Positions 7,303-16,146 of a stretch of DNA of 64,000 nucleotides are shown here, one piece after another (position 1 is the first letter of the stretch; every line of letters begins with the position of its first letter). Origin of the DNA: an uncultured Planctomycetia bacterium (GTDB taxonomy: Bacteria; Omnitrophota; Gorgyraeia; 2-02-FULL-51-18). The stretch is from assembly GCA_964606485.1 (NCBI GenBank), contig CAZSGP010000003.1, positions 334,854-398,853 of the forward strand. The letters are read 5' to 3'. The notes under the pieces were generated by a model. That model saw nothing but the letters and a program-made list of their open reading frames with translations. It was not told where the DNA came from and made no database searches. The translations under genes were made by a program, and so were the position numbers.

Positions 7303-9280
7303 GCGCCCTGTGAAATACGACCCCTTTCAGCTGCAGGCCATTGAGGCGATTGAACAAGGAAAGTCCGTACTCGTCTCAGCGCCCACCGGTTCCGGCAAAA
7401 CGGCGATTGCCGAATTTGCCATCGAACGCGCCCTCGCTCGAAATGAACGCGTGGTCTACACGGCACCCGTCAAAGCGCTGTCGAATCAAAAGTTCCGGGA
7501 CTTTTCGTTAAAATACCCCGGCAAAGTGGGTCTACTCACCGGCGACGTGTCGCTTGACCCAGACATGCCGCTTGTCATCATGACCACTGAAATTTTCCGC
7601 AATAAACTCTTTGAAGACCCTGAGAAATTAAAATCAACCACACTTGTCATTTTTGACGAAGTCCACTACCTCGACGACTTTGAGCGCGGCACGGTCTGGG
7701 AAGAATCCATTATGTTTTGCCCCGAACATATTCGCCTCATCGCCCTCTCGGCCACAGCGCCCAATATTCAGGAAATGGCGGACTGGATTCAAAGCATTTT
7801 GCATCACCCGATCGAAGTGATTATTGAAACGAAGCGCTCGGTGCCGCTGGAACACTTTTTCCAATGCCAGGGCACAATTTACAACAACACCAGCACGCTT
7901 AAAAAAGACGGCTACATGAATCACGAAATCTGGCCGTCCAATTTTGGAGGCGGCCGCCGCGAGCGCATGCATCAAAATTTTTCAAAAAAACGCTTTGATC
8001 GCTTCTTAAGAGCGCGGCCCAATCGCACCGAAGAGCTCATTCGCCACTTAAAAGACCAGGGGCGTCTGCCGTGTATTTATTTTGGATTTGGCCGTAAGCG
8101 CGTTGAAGAACTCGCGTGGGAAATGAAATTTGATTTCCTAAAAGACAGCGAGCGCGAAGAAATTACGGCGCTTTACCATAAGCTCTGCGAGAAATACGAT
8201 CTCTTGAAAGAGTCGAGCGCCATCGACATGCAAAAGCTCGTCTCGCGCGGCATCGCCTTCCATCACGCGGGCATGCTCCCCACTTTAAAAGAAGTGATTG
8301 AGCAGCTTTTTACCTCCAAAAAAATTAAACTGATTTTCACGACTGAAACATTTGCCATCGGCATCAATATGCCGGCCAAAACCGTGGCCTTTGACGAACT
8401 GCGGAAATTTTACGGCACGCACTTCGGAAACTTGCGCACGCGCGACTTTTACCAAATGGCCGGACGCGCGGGTCGACGCGGCATGGACACGGTCGGCTAC
8501 GTTTATTCGCGGGTCAATCCTCACGACGCGCCCTTCCCCGTTCTTATTCGGATGATTTTTGGTCAGCCTGAGCCCATTGAGAGCCAATTTAATTCCTGCT
8601 ACGCGACGCTTCTCAATCTCTACAATCAGTTTGGGTCGAAGCTTCTCGACATTTACCCGCGTTCCTTTCACTACTTTCAGTCTAACCGCAAAGGGCGCAT
8701 CAAGGGTGCCGCGATGATCGAACGCAAAATCAGCCTGCTCACGGAGATGGGTTATATGTCCGGCGAAACACTCACTCCCAAAGGCGAATTTGCTTCCTGG
8801 ATGTACGGCTATGAACTCATTCTTTCGGAAATGTTGGAAGAGGGTTATTTGGAAACTTTGAACGAGGTAAAACTTTCAGCGCTACTCTTGGCGTTGGTGT
8901 TTGAGCCACGGAAAAATCAGCAATGCGGCGAGCTTCCCTACAATTTGCGCGGCATCGACAAAAAAGCGTACGGTTTCCTTAGAAATATTCACGCACTTGA
9001 AGACAAACACAAAGTCTGGCCGCTCACCAAAATGCCTTATTTTCATTTAACCGAAGCGGTGGAAGCCTGGCTTGGCGGATGCTTATTTCATGAACTCGGT
9101 CGTCACACCGACGTGGATGAAGGCGAAATTATCAGGTACTTCAGAATGGTAATTCAGCTTTTACGCCAATTGAAACACGCGCCAAAAGTGGGACAAAATT
9201 TAAAAAGTGCAGCGACTACTGCTTACTCCAAAATTAACCGCGATTTAATTGACGCGGAAAAACAACTTCGAAATCTGTAA
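7301..9280 (+). CDS. Superfamily-2 DEAD/DEAH-box helicase (Ski2/HelY-like)
   Basis: 659 aa, with Walker A APTGSGKT, a DEVH box, SAT, and a HHAGM motif. The true start may be the GTG at 7310 (leaderless). Confidence 0.85.
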   Translation: MRPVKYDPFQLQAIEAIEQGKSVLVSAPTGSGKTAIAEFAIERALARNERVVYTAPVKALSNQKFRDFSLKYPGKVGLLTGDVSLDPDMPLVIMTTEIFRNKLFEDPEKLKSTTLVIFDEVHYLDDFERGTVWEESIMFCPEHIRLIALSATAPNIQEMADWIQSILHHPIEVIIETKRSVPLEHFFQCQGTIYNNTSTLKKDGYMNHEIWPSNFGGGRRERMHQNFSKKRFDRFLRARPNRTEELIRHLKDQGRLPCIYFGFGRKRVEELAWEMKFDFLKDSEREEITALYHKLCEKYDLLKESSAIDMQKLVSRGIAFHHAGMLPTLKEVIEQLFTSKKIKLIFTTETFAIGINMPAKTVAFDELRKFYGTHFGNLRTRDFYQMAGRAGRRGMDTVGYVYSRVNPHDAPFPVLIRMIFGQPEPIESQFNSCYATLLNLYNQFGSKLLDIYPRSFHYFQSNRKGRIKGAAMIERKISLLTEMGYMSGETLTPKGEFASWMYGYELILSEMLEEGYLETLNEVKLSALLLALVFEPRKNQQCGELPYNLRGIDKKAYGFLRNIHALEDKHKVWPLTKMPYFHLTEAVEAWLGGCLFHELGRHTDVDEGEIIRYFRMVIQLLRQLKHAPKVGQNLKSAATTAYSKINRDLIDAEKQLRNL

Positions 9281-9284
9281 GACC

Positions 9285-9590
9285 TTACTTTAGAAGCTTC
9301 TGAAGCTCTCCGCTTTCTTTCATTTCGTGAATAATATCGGATCCGCCGATAAGCTTTCCATCGACGAATACTTGCGGGAAGGTTGGCCACTGGGAATATT
9401 CGGGCACCGCGCGGCGAAATTCATTGTTCGCAATCACGTCCACCGAATGAAACGGGACTTTCAAATCCTTGAAAATTTTGATGACGGCGGCTGAAAACCC
9501 ACACATCGGCGCTTCAGGAGTACCTTTGACAAACAACACCACTTTGCTCGACTTAATTTCTTTTTCAATCTGACTTTTGACGTCTGACAT
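9285..9590 (-). CDS. grxD: Monothiol glutaredoxin (Grx4 family, CGFS active site)
   Basis: 101 aa, PMCGFS motif. Confidence 0.85.
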   Translation of the reverse strand: MSDVKSQIEKEIKSSKVVLFVKGTPEAPMCGFSAAVIKIFKDLKVPFHSVDVIANNEFRRAVPEYSQWPTFPQVFVDGKLIGGSDIIHEMKESGELQKLLK

Positions 9591-9598
9591 TTTTGCTC

Positions 9599-9826
9599 CT
9601 ATGCAATTTTTGTTTTAATCATGACTGCGTGGATTCCTTTGTCCATCTCGGACTCCACGGCCTTATGAACGAGCTTATGCTGTTCAATCAGCGATAACCC
9701 TTTAAACTTTTCGCTCACCACGGTGAGCTCCAAATGGTCTCCGGTGCCGGTCATATCCGACACTTCAACCTTCGCTCCGGGGAGCGCCTTCAAAACCATT
9801 TTACGAACTGTCTCTAACTGAATCAT
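9599..9826 (-). CDS. bolA: BolA family protein
   Basis: 75 aa with a BolA fold signature (...GDHLELTVVSEKF...H). It is adjacent to the Grx4 gene, the classic Grx-BolA pairing. Confidence 0.75.
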   Translation of the reverse strand: MIQLETVRKMVLKALPGAKVEVSDMTGTGDHLELTVVSEKFKGLSLIEQHKLVHKAVESEMDKGIHAVMIKTKIA

Positions 9827-9860
9827 GGCCTTATTTTAACACTCCGGGTAAAATATTGAA

Positions 9861-10619
9861 ATGACTCAAAAAATCACGACGGCGCTCTTTATGCTAATAC
9901 TCCTTCCTGCCCTTGCCTTTGCGGAAAATTATGACCGCGTCCGAAAAGATCTAAAGATGAACCGACAAATGATTGCGCGCTTTCAAAGCGAGCAAGCGGA
10001 GCTTTTGGCGGTTTCGGGCTCATCGCTCAGCGCCGCAGAGTCCAAGAAACTAGATGATCTTCAATACAAGATCAAAGGATTAAAATCGGACGCCTCGGAA
10101 CTACTGGCCATGCTCCCCCCAGAGGAACAAGCCGGTGAATACTTAAGCTTTCTCATGACAGATGAAGCGACCAAACCCAAAAAAGATTTGGCGACTTTTG
10201 AATTGTCACAAAAAACGCGGCCGTTTCATGAAAAAGCGCTGGAACTCGTAGCAGATCAGAAATACTCTGAAGCGGCGCAAACTTATGAGGACATTGTTCT
10301 TCAGGATCCATCCGACGACCAAGCTTATCTGCTCATGGGGCATTGTTACCTGATCACCGGCGATTATGAAAAAGCGGAAAACGCGTTTCAAAACTCGGTG
10401 CATATTGACCCGGATAATTTTCACACCATAGCGCCCTTTTATGAAAATTCCGTGCTTCAGAATCCGGACGATGAAAATTATGCGAATCTTGGCTACGCCT
10501 ACATGGTCTTAAGCGATTTTACCAAAGCCAAAAAAGCCTTCTGGGACGCGCTACAGATTAATCCTGCCAATAAAAAAGCAATGAATGGAATGCGGCTACT
10601 CGAGGCGCACAACTTATAA
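9861..10619 (+). CDS. Secreted tetratricopeptide repeat (TPR) protein
   Basis: Signal peptide plus TPR motifs. It is a paralog of the protein at 12691..13134; both share NAF.N..HI.PDN. Confidence 0.7.
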   Translation: MTQKITTALFMLILLPALAFAENYDRVRKDLKMNRQMIARFQSEQAELLAVSGSSLSAAESKKLDDLQYKIKGLKSDASELLAMLPPEEQAGEYLSFLMTDEATKPKKDLATFELSQKTRPFHEKALELVADQKYSEAAQTYEDIVLQDPSDDQAYLLMGHCYLITGDYEKAENAFQNSVHIDPDNFHTIAPFYENSVLQNPDDENYANLGYAYMVLSDFTKAKKAFWDALQINPANKKAMNGMRLLEAHNL

Positions 10620-10636
10620 ATAAACGGGTCCTGCCG

Positions 10637-10691
10637 GCGGTTGTCCGTTCGGAACCACCTACGGTGGCTTCCGAAGCGGACGCCTACCGCC
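10637..10691. other. GC-rich nested stem-loop between convergent genes
   Basis: GGCGGT...CCGTTCGGAA-CCACC-TACG-GTGG-C-TTCCGAAGCGG...ACCGCC. There is no flanking U-tract. Confidence 0.35.
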
Positions 10692-10700
10692 GTCACCCGC

Positions 10701-11123
10701 TTATTCGTTTAAATCGATCCGTCTTCTGAAACTTTTTTTCTGGGAATGAATGTGCTTACTATCGAGCATCTTCTCAGTGGCGCGGCGGGAACGGCGGCGC
10801 TTTTGACGGCGAATCTTTTCAAATTCCTGCCGTTTAGCGGATTCTTTTCCAAGTCTTAGCGCTTCGATTTTATCCACCAGCATTCGCTTGGCAAGAAAGC
10901 GGTTCAAGGCTTGCGAGCGCTCCTGCTGACACTTCACCTCAAGACCGGTCGGAAGGTGTTTTAAGTAGACGCAGGTAGAAACTTTATTGACGTTCTGCCC
11001 ACCCGATCCCCCGGAACGCGTGAAGCTTTCAGAAAAATCAGATTCTTTTAAACCGAGGCGGGCTATTTTTTCTTTGAGCGCTATTATTTTTTGTTCGGAG
11101 ACAGGATAAACCGGCACGGTCAA
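10701..11123 (-). CDS. arfB: Alternative ribosome-rescue factor ArfB (peptidyl-tRNA hydrolase, RF-1 domain)
   Basis: 140 aa, with a GGQ motif (SGGSGGQNVNKV) and a basic C-terminal tail. Confidence 0.8.
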   Translation of the reverse strand: MTVPVYPVSEQKIIALKEKIARLGLKESDFSESFTRSGGSGGQNVNKVSTCVYLKHLPTGLEVKCQQERSQALNRFLAKRMLVDKIEALRLGKESAKRQEFEKIRRQKRRRSRRATEKMLDSKHIHSQKKSFRRRIDLNE

Positions 11124-11740
11124 TCCTTGTGGACTTTAAAAACTTTCTCGCGGTAATACTGAAGCTCTAAAATAGACTCGCGGATGTCATCCATAACGCG
11201 GTGAGACTGTTTCTTTTCTCGCGGCATTTTATAATTCGCCGGATACCAGCGCTTGACGAGCTCTTTCACCGAGCTTACGTCGATCACGCGGTAATGCAAG
11301 TAACTTTCAAGCTTAGGCATGTAGCGAATTAAGAAACGCCGGTCTTGCCAAATAGTATTGCCGCAAAGAGGCGCTGTTTTTTCAACGCAGTGTGATTTTA
11401 CAAATTCCTGCGTGAGCTTTTCGGCTTTTTTTAAAGAAATTTTAGAGGCGCGGCAGGCGTCCGTGAGGCCCGATTTTTTATGGTGAAACTTGCTCCAGGC
11501 TTCCATGCCATTTAAAACTTTGTCGCTGTGATGGATGGCAATCTCAGGACCTTCGGCAATAATATTGAGTTCACTATCGGTGACAATGCAGCCAATTTCC
11601 AGAATCGTGCACGTTTTAGGGTCCAGTCCCGTCATTTCAAGATCAACCCAAACTAAATTTGTTTTCTTTTGTTTAGCGGCGCTCAATGGATCCCCTTTAC
11701 GTATTTGTTTGAACGAGATTCTACCACTTTCACCGACCAA
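11120..11740 (-). CDS. orn: Oligoribonuclease (DEDDh exonuclease)
   Basis: LVWVDLEMTGLDP...GNTIWQDRRFL. The N-terminus is ~20 aa longer than typical, so the start is uncertain. Confidence 0.8.
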   Translation of the reverse strand: MVGESGRISFKQIRKGDPLSAAKQKKTNLVWVDLEMTGLDPKTCTILEIGCIVTDSELNIIAEGPEIAIHHSDKVLNGMEAWSKFHHKKSGLTDACRASKISLKKAEKLTQEFVKSHCVEKTAPLCGNTIWQDRRFLIRYMPKLESYLHYRVIDVSSVKELVKRWYPANYKMPREKKQSHRVMDDIRESILELQYYREKVFKVHKD

Positions 11741-11750
11741 GCTCGAAACA

Positions 11751-11787
11751 AAAAAGCCGGCAGCTGAAAATCTGCCGGCTTTTAATT
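11751..11787 (-). terminator. Rho-independent terminator after tmRNA, readable in both directions
   Basis: An 8-bp GC stem (GCCGGCAG ... CTGCCGGC) flanked by an A-run and a T-run. Confidence 0.6.
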
Positions 11788-12176
11788 TGGTGGAGGTGGG
11801 CGGAATTGAACCGCCGTCTCTAACGTTTAACGCGAAGCCTCTACATGCTTATTCGGGTATTTGGTGTCCCGTTCAAACTCGAACCGACGCGATTTTGAAC
11901 AGCAAGTCTTTGGCGCTCTTATTCTATCTGTCAAAGACCAACAGATAGAACCAGCCCGCTATCGACGCTCGGATCCACCCCGCAGGCGCGGATGGACGAA
12001 CGGTCAGCCGTTTAAGCGGCTAACGGAAGCGCCATATTCCCCGCGAAGGGAATACGCACGACGTTTAGGTTCGTGTTTTTAGCGTTTGATTTTTTGCCAG
12101 GTTATTAAAGAGGCCTCCTGACAACCTCTGCATGCGACTACCGGATCAAAGAGCTAGATCGAAACCTTTCACCCCC
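11788..12176 (-). ncRNA. ssrA: tmRNA (SsrA)
   Basis: The minus-strand RNA begins GGGGGUGAAAGGUUUCGA and ends GGUUCAAUUCCGCCCACCUCCACCA (tRNA-like T-arm and acceptor). It lies immediately downstream of smpB. An internal tag ORF ends ...AGNMALPLAA-UAA. Confidence 0.85.
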
Positions 12177-12661
12177 TATTTTCTGTTCTTGTTTTTTACG
12201 GCCCTATCGATATCCCGCCGCGCCGATTCTTTCTTCATGTCGGCGCGCTTATCGTAGAGATTCTTACCCTTCACGAGAGCAATTTCAACTTTTGCCATGC
12301 CTCGTGCATTTAAATAAACTTTAAGAGGAACAATTGCTAAACCCTTTTCCTGGGTTTTGACTTTAAGCTTCTCGATCTGCGCTTTGTGAAGGAGGAGCTT
12401 TCGATTTCGCAAAGGCTCTGGGTTTTGGAAACTTCCCATCTCGTAAGGGGCGATGTGCATATTATAGAGCATCATTTCATTCTTCTCAAGACGGGCAAAG
12501 CTCCCCGCAAGACTAGCTTTGTGGTTTCTTAACGACTTGATCTCACAACCCGTGAGCATAATCCCCGCCTCTATAGAATCCAGGACAAAATAGTCCCGAA
12601 AGGCATCCTTATTCGTCGTTACCACCGTTGAAATAGGCTTTTCTTTATCTTTGTCTTTCAT
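12176..12661 (-). CDS. smpB: SsrA-binding protein SmpB
   Basis: 161 aa, FRDYFVLDSIEAGIMLTGCEIKS. Confidence 0.9.
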   Translation of the reverse strand: MKDKDKEKPISTVVTTNKDAFRDYFVLDSIEAGIMLTGCEIKSLRNHKASLAGSFARLEKNEMMLYNMHIAPYEMGSFQNPEPLRNRKLLLHKAQIEKLKVKTQEKGLAIVPLKVYLNARGMAKVEIALVKGKNLYDKRADMKKESARRDIDRAVKNKNRK

Positions 12662-12690
12662 ATTGACTATTAATATACCACTCCGCTACA

Positions 12691-13134
12691 GTGTCTCTTA
12701 TGTTTTTTAAACCCTTCCACCTCTTAGGCATTGCCCTCATTGCAGGCCTCGGGCTTTCGATGAGTCCATGCGAAGCCGCAGAAACCACACTTCGCTCCAC
12801 CCATGAAGTCTCTGATGCTCGCATTAAAAAGCTGGAAAAGATGCACAACGATGCTGAGGCGCTCATCTTAACAAGCAATTTTGATGAAGCGATTCAAAAA
12901 TACAACGATATTTTAATTTATGAACCCGACGATGAAACCGCTTACGTCAATATGGGAAACGCTTACATGATTTTGGGGAATTTTATGAAAGCAGAAAATG
13001 CTTTTTCGAATGCGCTTCACATTAACCCCGACAATGCTTCCGCTCAGGCGGGTCTTCAGAAAATCAACGACCCCGACGGTCCTCCCGCAGAAGAGGCGCC
13101 TCTCAACCTAAGTCTTCGTAAAAAAGAATCTTAA
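12691..13134 (+). CDS. Secreted TPR-repeat protein
   Basis: Signal peptide plus TPR motifs. Paralog of the protein at 9861..10619. Confidence 0.7.
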   Translation: MSLMFFKPFHLLGIALIAGLGLSMSPCEAAETTLRSTHEVSDARIKKLEKMHNDAEALILTSNFDEAIQKYNDILIYEPDDETAYVNMGNAYMILGNFMKAENAFSNALHINPDNASAQAGLQKINDPDGPPAEEAPLNLSLRKKES

Positions 13135-14819
13135 ACTCTTCCCTCGCCTCGGCGGGATTTTTTATCTTCAAATAAATTCTGATCGGCAAGCTCAATTAAA
13201 TTTTGCGGATTTTTGGGGTGTGTGGGATTTTGACTCGGGTCAAACACGGCAATCCCAATGCTCATCGACGACGCCTTGAGAAGCGGATCACTTAAAAGCT
13301 GCGCCATGGATTCATACTGATGGCGCAAACGCTGACGGTAATCCTCAGCTTCTTTCACGCTTGCATGCCACAACAAAACAACAAACTCATCTCCGCCATA
13401 ACGTGACACCACGTCGTAGCCGCGGACACTCTTACGAATCACTTCCGCGGCACGGCAAATCATGTCGTTTCCGGTTTCGTGACCAAGCGTATCATTAATT
13501 TTTTTAAAGTGGTCAAGATCCGTCATCACCACAGAAATGGGGAGCTTCAAGCGGCTACAGCGGCGCCACTCGTCTTGAAGTCGCTGACGCAGGAAATCGT
13601 AGGTATAAAGCCCGGTCAACTTATCCTTAACCACTTGACGCTTCAGCCCCTCCCTTTCCAAGAAAAGACTAAAACTGACGAGAGATGCGCCCAGAGTCAA
13701 TGCAAGCGCAGGTCCAAAAAGTAAAATAAGCGGATCCACCGAAACGTCCTGCATAAGAAGGGCTTGAATTCCAAGAATTTCTCCAAAAAATGCGATTAGA
13801 AAACCAGCCATTCCAATCCAAAACGATCCCCACAAAAAAAGTCCCAGCACACAGAAACCAACCGCTGCAGAAACTCCAAGCGCTAGAGGGTCCGGTAAAA
13901 ATGAAAGACTTCTGCCGGATAAAATCGAGAGTGCTTCATTCGCATGCACACACATACCCGGCATCATCCCCAAAGGCGTGTTGTGCAGATCGCCTAGCGA
14001 GGAATCGTTTAAGCCAACAATGACCAGCCTCCCCTGGACTTCTTCCGGGCGAATCCGATTTTCAATCACCTTCCAAGCTGGAACCATTCTAAAATTTTTA
14101 TCCTCCGCCAAAAAATTAATGTCGTAACTTCCGTCCGGGTCCAAGTGAATTGGTTTTGGGGATCTAGAAATCTTTAAAAGCTGATATTCCGCGTCGTATG
14201 AAACTGGGCGCTGAGATGAGTCTGTCGCAAAATAAATTTCTAGCAGCTTTAATGAAAATGAGGGTTCAAATCTGTCGGAATTGCGATACGGTCTAAGTAA
14301 ATAAGAGCGGCGAATACACGCATCAATGTCTTGAATTTTCTCAAGGTATCCATACCCATCGGCCGCGTTCTCTAGCGGTTCATACGGCGGATAAATCTTA
14401 CCCCTGTCGTCAAACGTGGCCCCCAGCACCACTTTCCGCGACTCTTGCAGGGCCTGAGCCATGACGCGGCTTGCCTCGTCTGTAACACTCTCTGCTCCGG
14501 TAAATGAAAAATTAAGTCCCGTCACTTGTGCGCCTCGCGCGCTTAAATTCCGAACGATTTTAGAAAGCTCTGTGCGCGACCAGGGCCAGCGCAAACCGAG
14601 CTTCCGGCATGACTCCTCATCCACGCCAACCAAGAGAATATTTGAGATTTCTTTTGGTGGAGCCACGGCCCGGGCGCGAATTTTAAAAAAAACATCGCGT
14701 GCGCTTAGTGAAATTTTTTGGAATGTCTCGGAAGGATAGACTGTGTTAAAAAAAACAGTGGTGGCGAGAATATAAAAAATTACGGCCGTAGCCGGAAGAA
14801 TAAGTTTTTTTAATGACAT
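13131..14819 (-). CDS. CHASE2-sensor diguanylate cyclase (GGDEF)
   Basis: 562 aa. N-terminal TM helix, periplasmic CHASE2-like region, TM cluster, then C-terminal RYGGDEFVVLL. Confidence 0.8.
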   Translation of the reverse strand: MSLKKLILPATAVIFYILATTVFFNTVYPSETFQKISLSARDVFFKIRARAVAPPKEISNILLVGVDEESCRKLGLRWPWSRTELSKIVRNLSARGAQVTGLNFSFTGAESVTDEASRVMAQALQESRKVVLGATFDDRGKIYPPYEPLENAADGYGYLEKIQDIDACIRRSYLLRPYRNSDRFEPSFSLKLLEIYFATDSSQRPVSYDAEYQLLKISRSPKPIHLDPDGSYDINFLAEDKNFRMVPAWKVIENRIRPEEVQGRLVIVGLNDSSLGDLHNTPLGMMPGMCVHANEALSILSGRSLSFLPDPLALGVSAAVGFCVLGLFLWGSFWIGMAGFLIAFFGEILGIQALLMQDVSVDPLILLFGPALALTLGASLVSFSLFLEREGLKRQVVKDKLTGLYTYDFLRQRLQDEWRRCSRLKLPISVVMTDLDHFKKINDTLGHETGNDMICRAAEVIRKSVRGYDVVSRYGGDEFVVLLWHASVKEAEDYRQRLRHQYESMAQLLSDPLLKASSMSIGIAVFDPSQNPTHPKNPQNLIELADQNLFEDKKSRRGEGRV

Positions 14820-14844
14820 GAAAAAAATGAAAGATAAAAATATG

Positions 14845-14926
14845 TGCGGAAGGAGGGATTCGAACCCTCAATCCTTGCGGCACTAGCTTCTGAGACTAGC
14901 GCGTATGCCAATTCCGCCACTTCCGC
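14845..14926 (-). tRNA. tRNA-Leu (anticodon CAG)
   Basis: Manual fold: acceptor GCGGAAG/CTTCCGC, anticodon loop CTCAGAA, long variable arm, T-arm GGTTCGAATCC. CCA is not encoded. Confidence 0.75.
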
Positions 14927-14943
14927 AAAAAATTTATGGGTTA

Positions 14944-16089
14944 TTACCGTTTCTCAATCGAAACGTAGGACTGGTTGGCGGCCCCCGTGTAATTCGAGAG
15001 CGGGCGAATTAAACGGTTGTCCGCGAGTTGCTCCACGATATGCGCTGTCCAACCGGCCATGCGGCTAATGGCAAATATTGCCGTAAAGAAATCGACCGGA
15101 ATCCCTATCGTGTAGAGAACCGATGCGGAATAAAAATCAACGTTGCAATTTAATTTTTTCTTATCCCAAACAAGCTTCTCAAGTTTTTCGGAAATCGCGA
15201 ACCACTTAGACTGCTCTTTGTTATGTTCCGCGAGTGTCCGGGCCATACGTCTCAAATCATCGGCGCGTGGGTCCGGCCCCTTGTAAACGCGGTGTCCAAA
15301 ACCCATCAATTTTTTCTTATTGTTTAAAGCGTCTTCGAGATATTTTTCAACGTTGTCGACGCTTCCGACTGAAAGAATCATTTCCATCGCTCGGCTATTG
15401 GCCGACCCGTGAAGGTCCCCTTTAAGTGTTCCGATCGCGGAAACCACACCCGAATAAGAATCGGACAGCGTTGCGACCGTCACGCGCGCCGCAAACGTCG
15501 AAGCATTTAGATCGTGCTCAGCGAGTAACACAAGATATTGATCGAGCATTTTCACTTCAACAGCCGTTGGCTCAGATTTTTTGAGCATGTAAAGAAAATT
15601 GGAGGCCGTGCTGACGGACGCGTCTTTTTTTGGGGCAACCAAATCTTGCCCCTCTCTCATGCGAATGAGCGAAGCTACAATCGTTGGAGTTTTTGCGATT
15701 AAGCGAATCGCCTTACGAACATTAACCTCTTTAACCAGATTGTCCGCTTCTTTATCGTAAAGACCTAAAATTGAAATGGCAGTGCGAAGTGCAGCCATCG
15801 GGTGAACATCTTTGGGAATAATCTGAAGTGCCTTAAGGGCGTCTGACGACACTTCGCGCTCTTGAGCGAGTTCTTTTTTAAAACCTTCCAGCTCGGCTGC
15901 GCTGGGAAGCTTTCCAAATAAAAGCAGGTATGCTGTTTCTTCGAAATTTGATTTGGCGCATAGCTCGTGGATGTCGTACCCGCGGAAAGAAAGCTTGGAA
16001 TTCTTTCCGTCAATGAAACAAATTGAGCTCTCGGCCGCGATAATGCCTTCAAGGCCTTTTGCAAACGTTTCGTGTTCTGTCAAAACCAA
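14944..16089 (-). CDS. gltA: Citrate synthase
   Basis: 381 aa with a type-I citrate synthase signature (GHRVYK..DPR). Confidence 0.85.
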   Translation of the reverse strand: MVLTEHETFAKGLEGIIAAESSICFIDGKNSKLSFRGYDIHELCAKSNFEETAYLLLFGKLPSAAELEGFKKELAQEREVSSDALKALQIIPKDVHPMAALRTAISILGLYDKEADNLVKEVNVRKAIRLIAKTPTIVASLIRMREGQDLVAPKKDASVSTASNFLYMLKKSEPTAVEVKMLDQYLVLLAEHDLNASTFAARVTVATLSDSYSGVVSAIGTLKGDLHGSANSRAMEMILSVGSVDNVEKYLEDALNNKKKLMGFGHRVYKGPDPRADDLRRMARTLAEHNKEQSKWFAISEKLEKLVWDKKKLNCNVDFYSASVLYTIGIPVDFFTAIFAISRMAGWTAHIVEQLADNRLIRPLSNYTGAANQSYVSIEKR

Positions 16090-16146
16090 TCCCCCACTCC
16101 TAAAATTTTACTTATTTTGCCATCGCCCAACCCGGAATGCAATCGG

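Noticed and set aside
11861-12082. 73-aa plus-strand ORF
   Set aside because: It is antisense to the tmRNA gene.
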